The notes under the pieces were generated by a model. The model searched no databases and had not been told where the DNA came from. It saw nothing but the letters and a program-made list of their open reading frames with translations. Below are positions 26,307 through 35,161 of a DNA stretch of 64,000 bases, piece after piece (position 1 is the first letter of the stretch; each line of letters starts with the position of its first letter). The position numbers were made by a program, and so were the translations under genes. Source of the DNA: a virus (lineage: Duplodnaviria; Caudoviricetes); the IMG/VR virus record IMGVR_UViG_3300021399_000099, positions 64,001 to 128,000 of that record; one strand, given 5' to 3'.

Positions 26307-27364
26307 TTCTTGTCTTTTTGATATTTTCCAAACAACCCGAAAGTACACATTGAAGCAAAGATAGGCTTGTTAAGGTTGTATTGTTTGATAAGTTCTTTTG
26401 GCGTTACATCCATCTTTCCGTCCGTAATCTCCTCACCACAAACAGTTTCAACTACATAATCAATCTCACTTCTACCAATACAACAGGCAACCGACACTTT
26501 GACCGCCTGATTCGTTTCCTTTGCATATTTCCTTGCCATCTCCCTTGCGAAAAGATTCAGTGTGAGGTCTGCCTTTGAACCATCCTTAGTCCATGGGGAA
26601 CCGCCTCCGACATGCAGCTCACCGCCATAAAAATCAACGACGAGCTTCCTACCGGTAATACCACAATCGGCAATCGGACCGTGCATCACATAGTTTCCGG
26701 TTCCATTCAAAATAATATCGGGGTGCAGCGAAGAATCGGTTTTCAATGTATCGTACCAGTTGAAGATACTTTCCATAACTTGTGCATATTCCCCGTCATT
26801 TCTACAAGGTACTGCGGCGATAATTTTCTCAATCAGCCCATCCTTATCAAGAATGATTTCCGTCTTTATGTCTATACCACCGATGCCTTTGTCCTTTGCC
26901 TGCGTATAAAGCATATGGCACAGGTCTTTAGCCAATGAGTGAGAACGGGGGGTCATATATTCCTCATCTGGTTCAGCATAGCCAAAGAATATACCCTGGT
27001 CCCCCCATCCGTCCTTATTTACTCCTTGGCTGATATCAGGACTTTGCTTTGTTATGTCTGTCTTTATTGTGATGAAACTTGGGTTTATGACGTTATGTCT
27101 GCCCCAAGCTTTCCAATATTCCTCAGTGTATCCGATTTGCTTTATTGCGTCACTAACAAAACAGACATATTGTTCGTCTGTAAAATCTGCTGTGCTCGTA
27201 ATTTCCCCCGCCAGATGGACCATATTTCCCTTAATCATAACCTCAACGGCATATCTAACATTCGGGTCCAGTTCAAGGTATCTGTCAAGGATGTACTCAC
27301 TGATGTAGTCCGCTACCTTATCCGGATGCCCTGGACTTACATATTCACTAAATTTTCTTGTCAT
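26291..27364 (-). CDS. metK: S-adenosylmethionine synthetase
   Basis: EYVSPGHPDKVAD, QSPDISQGV, GDQGIFFGYA, GPIADCGITGRK, GGG..TKD.SKAD motifs. Confidence 0.93.
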   Translation of the reverse strand: MTRKFSEYVSPGHPDKVADYISEYILDRYLELDPNVRYAVEVMIKGNMVHLAGEITSTADFTDEQYVCFVSDAIKQIGYTEEYWKAWGRHNVINPSFITIKTDITKQSPDISQGVNKDGWGDQGIFFGYAEPDEEYMTPRSHSLAKDLCHMLYTQAKDKGIGGIDIKTEIILDKDGLIEKIIAAVPCRNDGEYAQVMESIFNWYDTLKTDSSLHPDIILNGTGNYVMHGPIADCGITGRKLVVDFYGGELHVGGGSPWTKDGSKADLTLNLFAREMARKYAKETNQAVKVSVACCIGRSEIDYVVETVCGEEITDGKMDVTPKELIKQYNLNKPIFASMCTFGLFGKYQKDKKWESM

Positions 27365-27385
27365 TATAAAAAATTATTTCTATCC

Positions 27386-27417
27386 TTAATATACAAAAAA
27401 ATAACCGGATTCCAAAA
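27386..27417 (-). promoter_or_regulatory. class-2 promoter (TTTG-N19-TATATTAA) for metK, overlapping a hairpin
   Basis: Recurrent motif; TAACCGG/CCGGTTA stem overlaps it. Confidence 0.55.
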
Positions 27418-27422
27418 CCCGG

Positions 27423-27836
27423 TTACTCTTCAACGACAATTTGATACTTCAGCTTCGGTATTTCTATCGGCTCAACTTCCGCTATTCCCTTATTATACAT
27501 AAATCCCCACATAACACTGTTGCAATATGCTTTATTTTTCTCTATCCTTTCATTAATATATGTGGCCTCGTCGACGATTTTGCTAATAGTTTGCGGCGAC
27601 ATACTATCAGAAACGGAATAGATGAGTTCTTGTTGGTAATTCCTGTCGTTCTCAAAGGAAATAGCGTCAGAATGTTTTGTTCCGAGTTCTATACTGGTAA
27701 TCATAAAAGGCACCGTGAATAACACAGCGAAAACGCACCCGATAGAAACGGCACAGTCATTATCCTTTTTGATGCCGATACATAAAAGGGTCCAGGCCCC
27801 AATCATTAAAATAGCAAGTAAAATATAACCAATCAT
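27423..27836 (-). CDS. 2-TM membrane protein
   Basis: Hydrophobic segments. Confidence 0.65.
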   Translation of the reverse strand: MIGYILLAILMIGAWTLLCIGIKKDNDCAVSIGCVFAVLFTVPFMITSIELGTKHSDAISFENDRNYQQELIYSVSDSMSPQTISKIVDEATYINERIEKNKAYCNSVMWGFMYNKGIAEVEPIEIPKLKYQIVVEE

Positions 27837-27854
27837 ATTAAAAAATTTTTAAAA

Positions 27855-28523
27855 TTACATATATTCCCCAATCCTCTGGCACACAGTATATTCGTACCCA
27901 TCCTTACCCTTTTCTTTCCCAAGTCCAGTAACGTGAATGCTTGCGTCAGTTGCCGGAGTCCATTCCCCATACTTTGCGGAAACCTGGAGGTCATCAGCAC
28001 TGAAACCAACGGAATAGATATCGCTAAGACCCCTCTCGTTGATGAAGTCAATAGTGGTCTGGACGAGGATTTCAAGGAGCTCTTTCATATCCTTCTCGGT
28101 TGTTATTGGGTCCTTGTAGTCATCATAATCGCGATACCAGCCCCAGGTTTCTTGTTGGAACACCTTTTTTGCAGCATCGTCCAAACTCTCATAGCCGCGA
28201 ATTACGGATTTCAAATCGTCCGGAAGGGCTTCAATCCTCTGCTCCCGTATTTTAAGACCCTGACGCTTTCTCTCGACCATTTCTTCATTACTCAAACGCC
28301 TGAGTTTTCCTTTTCTCTTCTGGTGGTGCTTCTTAGCCTCTTCCCTACGTTTCATCTTGGCGCCTTTCAGTTTGAGGAGGATTTCATCAACCTTGGTTCT
28401 GTGCTCATAATAAGCCTCGGAGTTTTCAAAACGAGACATTTCCTCGTCAAGTTCCTTATTGATTTCCTTTTCCTCGTCCGACTCCTTAAAGAGCCAGTCA
28501 TAATAAGTCATTTCTTCTTCCAT
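27855..28523 (-). CDS. hypothetical protein
   Basis: 222-aa charged ORF. Confidence 0.7.
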   Translation of the reverse strand: MEEEMTYYDWLFKESDEEKEINKELDEEMSRFENSEAYYEHRTKVDEILLKLKGAKMKRREEAKKHHQKRKGKLRRLSNEEMVERKRQGLKIREQRIEALPDDLKSVIRGYESLDDAAKKVFQQETWGWYRDYDDYKDPITTEKDMKELLEILVQTTIDFINERGLSDIYSVGFSADDLQVSAKYGEWTPATDASIHVTGLGKEKGKDGYEYTVCQRIGEYM

Positions 28524-29134
28524 AATATGTGTTCGTTTTCATACCAATCAGCAAACCGTTCCAATGAATCAAAACGTTGCATGTCAAGGCAGTTTGTTTC
28601 AAAAAACCATAGGTCTTCAAGATTAACGTCCAAATTGTATGGCGCATTTATAAGAACACCATGCTCGGCGTTGCACCCTTTAAAGTTCCACCAATTGTCA
28701 TCAATCATCCAGTCTAAGTGTAGGAGGGTCTTGTTCTTAAGAAAACAGAGTCCGTCCGGGTGTATTCCATTGTCATTCAGCCAGTTAAGGGTATCAAGCT
28801 TATTCTGGAATGACTTCTGGTAGGTAACGATGATTACTTGCCCGTATTTCTGCAATGTCTCGATGGCTTTCTTCATCCCTGGAAGTGCCGGAGACTTGAG
28901 GAACAACTCATGACTATGTTCCTGGAAAAACCACTTGGATGCCGTCTCCCCAGTAAATTCCATTACCTTCGGGAACGATACATCCACATCAAAATCCTTC
29001 ACATCATCCCTAGTCATATTCTCCCCGAAATTTTCATTGTAGAGAGACACCATTCCGTCAAGTAATGAGCGAAGCACCTCGTCGCAGTCAATACCGAAAG
29101 TGATTATTCCGTCAAATTTTTCATTGGTTTTCAT
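28508..29134 (-). CDS. HAD 5'(3')-deoxyribonucleotidase (NT5C-like)
   Basis: GIDCDEVL, IIVT, WL, MIDDN, APYN motifs. Confidence 0.8.
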   Translation of the reverse strand: MKTNEKFDGIITFGIDCDEVLRSLLDGMVSLYNENFGENMTRDDVKDFDVDVSFPKVMEFTGETASKWFFQEHSHELFLKSPALPGMKKAIETLQKYGQVIIVTYQKSFQNKLDTLNWLNDNGIHPDGLCFLKNKTLLHLDWMIDDNWWNFKGCNAEHGVLINAPYNLDVNLEDLWFFETNCLDMQRFDSLERFADWYENEHILWKKK

Positions 29135-29137
29135 AAA

Positions 29138-29365
29138 TCAATCTCTTAACTTGGAAGTTTGCAACTTGCCGGTCCGTACATCATAATAAAACCCCGGGAA
29201 ACGTTCATCCGTCAGTCCGCTATCAATAAGAATGTCCCGGATTCGACACCAAGGGCATTCCTGGAACATTTTTATGATGGTGTTGGCTTCTTCTTCCGTG
29301 GGGACTCTGCCGTCCTTTAATCTATTTTCTTGCCAAGCACCCCAATCAAACTTTTTAGTTTTCAT
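29138..29365 (-). CDS. hypothetical protein
   Basis: ORF tiles the operon. Confidence 0.55.
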   Translation of the reverse strand: MKTKKFDWGAWQENRLKDGRVPTEEEANTIIKMFQECPWCRIRDILIDSGLTDERFPGFYYDVRTGKLQTSKLRD

Positions 29366-29619
29366 CAGTAATCAAAATTAAATTGTTCGTCCAATCGTAA
29401 GTCTTCATGCGTTCCAATATACTTCTCCATCCACTCTTCATATGGATAGGCTTCCCTTATAATGAGCTTCGGAGTACCGGAATAGGCCGCTTCATAGTGA
29501 GGCCCGTAAGATTTATCTTGTATAAGGTTCAGGTCACGCATCCTTACCCAGGCCCCATTTTCCCCGATGTGCTGGTTCCACGCTATCGCGTTTTCAATGT
29601 ATTTCGGTTTCATTTTCAC
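29365..29619 (-). CDS. hypothetical protein
   Basis: ORF tiles the operon. Confidence 0.55.
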   Translation of the reverse strand: MKMKPKYIENAIAWNQHIGENGAWVRMRDLNLIQDKSYGPHYEAAYSGTPKLIIREAYPYEEWMEKYIGTHEDLRLDEQFNFDY

Positions 29620-30124
29620 GATTCAAAATCTTTATGGCCTTGTCAATGTCGGACTGGATTAAACCTGTAAGTCTATTTGTGCGGATGAAGTTATCTTTTT
29701 GACCCAGAAGGAAGTCACTGTCATCATCGAAGATAACATATTCATAATCAACATCTTCCTCTTTGAAATGCTTCCTGTAATAAGGGAAACCATTGTCATC
29801 CAGTCCATATCTGGTGCCCATTCCGCCAAAGTTGTCCTGTATCCATTTTTCAATCTCGTTCCCCCTGGTCAGCCAATCCTGGTAGAAATGGTCGGTGCAG
29901 CCAATTATCGGAAGTTCAAGCCCAACATCCTGCAGTGGCTTAATACCACTTTCTCCCCAACTGGAACTTATGACAACCTCGGCTCCGATGTCTTTTAGTT
30001 GGTTAAGGAGTGCAATGGCTTCGGGGTCAAAATCTCCGAACTTACCCCTTGTCTTGACATACCACTGCTCACTATTAACTACAGAGTCGATATCCAAAAA
30101 CACTATCTTTTTCCAGTCGCCCAT
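29594..30124 (-). CDS. HAD phosphatase, Swiss-Army-Knife RNA repair type (HAD_SAK_2-like)
   Basis: VFLDIDSVVN, VVISSSW, RGNEIEKW, YVIFDDDSDFL, GL..D..KAIKIL motifs. Confidence 0.8.
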   Translation of the reverse strand: MGDWKKIVFLDIDSVVNSEQWYVKTRGKFGDFDPEAIALLNQLKDIGAEVVISSSWGESGIKPLQDVGLELPIIGCTDHFYQDWLTRGNEIEKWIQDNFGGMGTRYGLDDNGFPYYRKHFKEEDVDYEYVIFDDDSDFLLGQKDNFIRTNRLTGLIQSDIDKAIKILNRENETEIH

Positions 30125-30125
30125 G

Positions 30126-30350
30126 TCAATCGTAATCTACCATGCACCAGCAGTTAGGGTCATGTACAAAACCGGTATAGTTGTCATAACCAGGAATATT
30201 CCGATAAAACTCAATATACTGGTGCTCTTCAAACATAAACTTTCTTGCGTAAATCTTTGTCCCGTCATCACCATATACGGCTTTCTGTGTATCCGGTTTG
30301 CATCCAAGCAGCAAAATGCCCGTAAAAATCATTGCTATCAGCTTTTTCAT
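30126..30350 (-). CDS. lipoprotein; paralog of 10026..10340
   Basis: LLG-C lipobox; FEEHQY...VHDPNC. Confidence 0.7.
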   Translation of the reverse strand: MKKLIAMIFTGILLLGCKPDTQKAVYGDDGTKIYARKFMFEEHQYIEFYRNIPGYDNYTGFVHDPNCWCMVDYD

Positions 30351-30368
30351 ATTCGTAAAATTTTTAAA

Positions 30369-30800
30369 TTATTCAATACGTTTTCCAACGACTTTCATGT
30401 GAAGTTCGCTGAAATCACCATTCACAATCAGCGAGCCCCACTTGAAAGAATCCGTAATGTCCTGTCCGATTGTAAGTTTATTATAATAGTCTTTATTAAC
30501 CGGGATTTCTATCTCAATGGAATTCATCTCGTTCTTGGCGTGTTCAAGAATGTCAAGCGTAAAAGTGCCCTGCTTGATTTTGAATTTGACGATGTACTTG
30601 ATTTCTTTTCCGGTCACCAGAGAATTCTTCTGAACTTTAAGGTCGTGAATCTCCGTGTTAAGAGCACTTACCTGCCCCTGGAGATGTTGCTTTTCGCTGG
30701 CAAGACTTTTACATTCCTGCTGCAGTCTTGCCCGGTCTTCGTTCGTATAGCAAGACACTGATAGAATTGCGATTAACGCGAGTACGATGAACTTTTTCAT
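30369..30800 (-). CDS. lipoprotein with coiled coil
   Basis: SVS-C lipobox. Confidence 0.7.
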   Translation of the reverse strand: MKKFIVLALIAILSVSCYTNEDRARLQQECKSLASEKQHLQGQVSALNTEIHDLKVQKNSLVTGKEIKYIVKFKIKQGTFTLDILEHAKNEMNSIEIEIPVNKDYYNKLTIGQDITDSFKWGSLIVNGDFSELHMKVVGKRIE

Positions 30801-31078
30801 TTTCTTTTTATTTTTTTGTGGTTTTCAAGTTTTCTTTCGTAATCAGGGTCGTTTTCGTTGGGCTCTTCGCAATACTGTTTTCCATCTTTTGCAAAAGCAT
30901 ATACCTGGCTTATTTCTTCAAGGCGCTCGGGGAATTCAGCTTCTTCTTCCCTCATAACCCTTTCAAGGGCCTCCCTCTCCTTATTACGGAATGCTTTGTG
31001 GGAAGCCTCCTTGTCCTTCTTCTCGCTCTCAGCACCTGTCCAGCCGCCGTAAGCGTTTTTCTTGTAACTTTTTCCCAT
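30797..31078 (-). CDS. hypothetical charged protein (MGKSYKK type)
   Basis: ORF directly after promoter 31094. Confidence 0.65.
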   Translation of the reverse strand: MGKSYKKNAYGGWTGAESEKKDKEASHKAFRNKEREALERVMREEEAEFPERLEEISQVYAFAKDGKQYCEEPNENDPDYERKLENHKKIKRK

Positions 31079-31093
31079 AGCTATATAACGTAT

Positions 31094-31111
31094 TACAAAT
31101 ATCGTGCCAAA
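31094..31111 (-). promoter_or_regulatory. sigma54-type promoter TTTGGCACGATATTTGTA
   Basis: Abuts the TAG of rfbB. Confidence 0.65.
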
Positions 31112-32182
31112 CTATATCTCGTTTTTCTTTTTTTCTATATTTTTCACCCAATCCTGGTTTTCAAGGTACCAATCAACCGTTTTTGTGACCGCTTGTAACA
31201 GACCTACTTTCGGTACCCATCCAAGTTCATCGGTAATCTTGCTATGGTTTATCGAATAGCGGAAATCGTGCCCGGGCCTGGCATTTTCTACACATTTTAT
31301 TTTGTTAAGGGTCTTTTCATATTTGTCACGGTATTCCTCGACACCATTTGTAGTTTTAAGGACCACTTGATTTATAATATTGGTAATCAATTGAAAGTTT
31401 TGTACCTCTTCCCCAGACCCAATATTGTATGCCTCACCAAGGGCACCCTTTTCGAATACGGTCATTGCAGCTGATACAATGTCGTCGGTATAAATCCACT
31501 CCCTGACCTGCTCACCTTTGTCATAAACGATAATAGGTTCATTGTTAATGATACGCTGGATTGTGGCTGGCACGAGCTTTTCCGGATATTGATTAGGACC
31601 GATGGCGTTGCACATATGACTGGTTACTACCGGGAGCTTGAATGTCTTCCAGTATGCCTTTACAAGAAGGTCGCCGCACGCCTTCGAAGCAGAATATGGG
31701 CTGGAGGGGTCAAGCTTGTTCTCCTCGGTAAAGCTCTCCCCATCCTTGTCCAGGAAACCGAAAACCTCGTCGGTGGAGAAATAATAGAACTTATGACCTG
31801 GTTCATTCCCCCAACACTTCCTCGCTTCTTCAAGCAAGTTGAATGTACCCACGATGTTTGTCTCAATAAAAGGTCTAGGCCCGGTAATGCTGTTATCCAC
31901 ATGAGACTCTGCGGCAAGATGAATGACGTCGGTTATGTCGTATTCGTCAAAAACCCATTCAACCTCTTCTGGGTCACGAATATCATAACGAGTCCATTGA
32001 TAATTGTTGGTTGCTGGCGTTTGAATGTCCTTCAGGTTATCCGGATTACCAGCATATGTTTCGCAATCCATATTAACAATGAACCAGTCCTTGTGTTCAT
32101 TGACCAAGTGTCTTACGATGTGACTACCGATAAAGCCAAGCCCACCGGTAACAAGAATTCTTTTAGCGTAATTTTTTTTCAT
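31112..32182 (-). CDS. rfbB: dTDP-glucose 4,6-dehydratase
   Basis: VTGGLGFIGS, TYAGN, HLAAESHVDNSI, STDEVFG, PSSPYSASK, YPEKL, RPGHDFRY motifs. Confidence 0.93.
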   Translation of the reverse strand: MKKNYAKRILVTGGLGFIGSHIVRHLVNEHKDWFIVNMDCETYAGNPDNLKDIQTPATNNYQWTRYDIRDPEEVEWVFDEYDITDVIHLAAESHVDNSITGPRPFIETNIVGTFNLLEEARKCWGNEPGHKFYYFSTDEVFGFLDKDGESFTEENKLDPSSPYSASKACGDLLVKAYWKTFKLPVVTSHMCNAIGPNQYPEKLVPATIQRIINNEPIIVYDKGEQVREWIYTDDIVSAAMTVFEKGALGEAYNIGSGEEVQNFQLITNIINQVVLKTTNGVEEYRDKYEKTLNKIKCVENARPGHDFRYSINHSKITDELGWVPKVGLLQAVTKTVDWYLENQDWVKNIEKKKNEI

Positions 32183-32198
32183 ATTTTTATTCTTTACT

Positions 32199-32231
32199 TA
32201 CAATATACGAAAAAAACCCGAGATATCAAAA
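32199..32231 (-). promoter_or_regulatory. class-2 promoter (TTTG-N19-TATATTGT) overlapping a terminator-like hairpin
   Basis: Recurrent motif; AAACCCG/CGGGTTT stem. Confidence 0.5.
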
Positions 32232-32244
32232 TCACGGGTTTCTT

Positions 32245-33423
32245 TTACTTATTATGCTCTTGTTTGTATTTTTCGAGTTTTGACTGTTTTGGTTTCGGGT
32301 CCCTCTTCTGGAAATAGAGTTCAGCCACCTTCATTGCCCTTCTAAATAATATATCCAAAAGTTGTTCGGTTCTTGAAATAAAACGTTCCTTTACCTTTTC
32401 ATTGAATCTCTCTCCGTTATAGGCATCGCCTCTGCCTCTTGGTCGCATATTCATTACGTCTGCGGCTGAGGCCCAAATGGCTGAAGTTGCTGGGACTTTC
32501 CTTAAGTTATCCAACAATATGTTCAGTTCTTTTATGTTTCTGGCGACCTGTGTCTTAGGGTACAGCGTCTTGAAGTTCTCTCTGGTGGCCCCAAGTTCTT
32601 TAAGGTCTCCATATATGGATTCAGCCCGGGCGTTTCTTTCGGTCCTTTCCCATACCGAATAAAAAATAAAGTTCATATTGCGAAAAGCTTCTTCATCGCT
32701 CCCAAAGCTAATTCTTCTCAACATATCCAGCGCCGGGTCTTGTTGATAACCATAATGGACCATTTTGTGCGGATGATTAGAGGCGCGGCGTGACATCGTA
32801 GTTAAATCAAGACGGTCTAACTCATTGTCCGGCAAATCCTTTCTATTCTTTTTAATCTGCAAGCCGGTAAAAGCGTGATTCAGCTCGTGGTATAAGGTCG
32901 AATGGAAATTTTTTGTTTGAAGTTCTCCCAGGATAGCCGGTACGGTTAGGTCAATCCTTCCGTTTTCCATTTTGAACGTGGTTTTATTGAAGCGGCTGTA
33001 TTGACCCCCACCCTGCCATGTAGCTGCTTCGGTGCCTCGCTCGTTGTCCCCGAAAAGAGGTAGATACTTGGTGTCAAAAATAAAGTTTTCTATCATTACA
33101 TTGATTTGTAGATGGTCGGCAATATCAAGTTTTTCGGTTATGGTTTCGGGTATTAAAAGGACATAATATTCGACTTTTCCACCATTTGCATCACCATCTT
33201 TAAAATCGTCCTTAAACTCGAACGTACCAACATCAACTGGAGGTTTGTTGAACAGTTTAAATAAATCCCACTTTTTCTCTACATATTGGACTATTTCATC
33301 GATGGCGTCTTCTTTATTTGACATTGCACTGCTCATAACCTCCTGGACAGACTCATTCAGGACAGCATGAACAGTGCGTTGAATCATTTCATTAATATCT
33401 TTATGTGTTAAACGTATTACCAT
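32245..33423 (-). CDS. HExxH zincin-like protein with head-protein type leader
   Basis: MVIRLTHKDINEMIQRTVHAVLNES leader; LYHELNH and downstream ERNARAE; late motif upstream. Confidence 0.7.
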   Translation of the reverse strand: MVIRLTHKDINEMIQRTVHAVLNESVQEVMSSAMSNKEDAIDEIVQYVEKKWDLFKLFNKPPVDVGTFEFKDDFKDGDANGGKVEYYVLLIPETITEKLDIADHLQINVMIENFIFDTKYLPLFGDNERGTEAATWQGGGQYSRFNKTTFKMENGRIDLTVPAILGELQTKNFHSTLYHELNHAFTGLQIKKNRKDLPDNELDRLDLTTMSRRASNHPHKMVHYGYQQDPALDMLRRISFGSDEEAFRNMNFIFYSVWERTERNARAESIYGDLKELGATRENFKTLYPKTQVARNIKELNILLDNLRKVPATSAIWASAADVMNMRPRGRGDAYNGERFNEKVKERFISRTEQLLDILFRRAMKVAELYFQKRDPKPKQSKLEKYKQEHNK

Positions 33424-33444
33424 TGTCTAATAACGACTATTTTG

Positions 33445-33765
33445 TTATAAATAGTCCTTGGTAATCGTTTTGTCCGGGTAGATATAAAGTTTTCTCCCAC
33501 CAGTTTGTTTAACACCGACAGCAAAATAGTCATATCCGTCTTTTGCCTCTTTGACAAGATTCTTGGGAAAACGGTAGCCGAAAAGTTCATCTATGTTATC
33601 GGCATTTTCCATAGTGATTCTTTTAAAGGCTTCGACCGGCGTATCCAGAAAAATCAGTTCATCGCCTTCTTTACTCTCGTACTCGGTGAAAACGAAAGCT
33701 TTTTTCTTATCTCTGGACATCACAATGTTGCTTTCAAATCTATATGTGTTTTGGTTCTTAAACAT
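33445..33765 (-). CDS. hypothetical protein
   Basis: ORF. Confidence 0.6.
   Translation of the reverse strand: MFKNQNTYRFESNIVMSRDKKKAFVFTEYESKEGDELIFLDTPVEAFKRITMENADNIDELFGYRFPKNLVKEAKDGYDYFAVGVKQTGGRKLYIYPDKTITKDYL
33446..33455 (-). promoter_or_regulatory. putative late promoter ACTATTTATA
   Basis: 23 nt upstream of ATG 33423. Confidence 0.55.
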
Positions 33766-33767
33766 TT

Positions 33768-34037
33768 TTAATCATTTAAGATAGTTTTTGTACCCTGATT
33801 GTATTTCTCATTGAACTCATTATCGGTCATGAAAAGGATAGAGAAACAATCAACAATCTTTTTAACCCATAGTACAAGTAACGGAATAAGACCGATTACA
33901 AGCCAGGAAGTCAAAATACCAAGGATGCACCAGAAAAGATATTTCTTTCCTTCCGCCTGTTCATTGAGATAAAACTTGTGAATTCCCCACTCTCCGAGGA
34001 AGAACGCCAAAAGCGCTGCGATAATTTTTTCTTTCAT
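33768..34037 (-). CDS. TM2 domain membrane protein
   Basis: KIIAALLAFFLGEWGIHKFYL motif. Confidence 0.85.
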   Translation of the reverse strand: MKEKIIAALLAFFLGEWGIHKFYLNEQAEGKKYLFWCILGILTSWLVIGLIPLLVLWVKKIVDCFSILFMTDNEFNEKYNQGTKTILND

Positions 34038-34059
34038 ATTCTTTAATTGTTTATTTAAG

Positions 34060-34108
34060 TATTATTAATATTAATAATATTATATATATAATAAATATTA
34101 ATATATAT
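34060..34108. repeat. 49-nt pure A/T tract with 20-bp perfect palindrome (34060-34079)
   Basis: TATTATTAAT|ATTAATAATA; also contains ATAAATA (late motif on the minus strand). Confidence 0.7.
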
Positions 34109-34110
34109 CT

Positions 34111-34482
34111 TTAGAATGAAACCGCCAAATCTATCTTTAAGGGAACATCGGCGCACTTCAACTCCGGGAACATACTTTCCATAATTTTTGGTATTCGTAT
34201 ATTAACTTCCCCCTCAGACAAGAGAAACGGCTGGCCAGATGACGCGTTAATGTATTTCTTTGGTCGCTCGTTTGAAAGATACTTGGCACCTGTTTCCGGG
34301 TCTTTAAAATACCACAAACTCATTGTCTTCCCTGTGGGCTCAAACGGTGCATTATCTGCCAATAGCTTAATAACCAGAATATCAATCAGTTGCTCTTTGG
34401 TCAGCTTCTTGAGCATTTTTTCGTAATCGCTAGCTTCACTGAGAGTTTCCGTTATATTTTTAAAATCTTCAGTAACGTTCAT
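34111..34482 (-). CDS. hypothetical protein
   Basis: ORF. Confidence 0.6.
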   Translation of the reverse strand: MNVTEDFKNITETLSEASDYEKMLKKLTKEQLIDILVIKLLADNAPFEPTGKTMSLWYFKDPETGAKYLSNERPKKYINASSGQPFLLSEGEVNIRIPKIMESMFPELKCADVPLKIDLAVSF

Positions 34483-35161
34483 CTCTTTCTTTTCTATATT
34501 CGTTCAATATTTTTTTTATCTCCTTATAGGACCCTTCTGGCATTGGGGTGTAAAAGCCATAGGTACGTTCCCAAACATATTTCTTTTTCCTCTCGTAGTA
34601 TTCTTCCTTATCAATTTTTCCTGCAAGGTACTCGTTTCTGGTTGTTTTATATGATAGATTGTCTTCAAGACGGTAGTCAATCTGTTCATAATCATATACA
34701 TACAAATCAACATCAGTAAGCTTCTCTTCAAGGAGTTTCATTATTCTTTCCCTGTCGCCGCCCCCTTCAAAGTCTGCGTATCCAATAATCGTCGTTGCCA
34801 CCCGCTTTCCATTGAACTCCTTGTTAATCAGTTCTAAACAGTTCGCAAGTGCTTCATAATCAACGGTATCCGGTATCTTGTCCGGTCTATATCTTCCCCG
34901 GCTTATATAGCATAGGGCAAACAATGGGGAAGCAAGCGGTGCCTTACCCCTGACGACCCTGACTGTGCCAAGTTTCCTGGGGTCTCCATATGCCGTTTCC
35001 TTATTGCTCATTGCGACGTTTTTAAAACTGAGTGCGACTTTATGCTGAAAGCCGTTTCCCATTGTGTTCATAATATTTACGCCGACGAGCACGACATCAT
35101 AGCCATTGACGTCATAAATCAGGTCCTTGTCTTCAATGATTGTCATGGCATTTTTATTCAT
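34469..35161 (-). CDS. macro-domain-like protein
   Basis: DLI...VLVGVNIMNTMGNGF, LGTV, DYEALANCL, IG...GGD motifs. Confidence 0.7.
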   Translation of the reverse strand: MNKNAMTIIEDKDLIYDVNGYDVVLVGVNIMNTMGNGFQHKVALSFKNVAMSNKETAYGDPRKLGTVRVVRGKAPLASPLFALCYISRGRYRPDKIPDTVDYEALANCLELINKEFNGKRVATTIIGYADFEGGGDRERIMKLLEEKLTDVDLYVYDYEQIDYRLEDNLSYKTTRNEYLAGKIDKEEYYERKKKYVWERTYGFYTPMPEGSYKEIKKILNEYRKERDERY

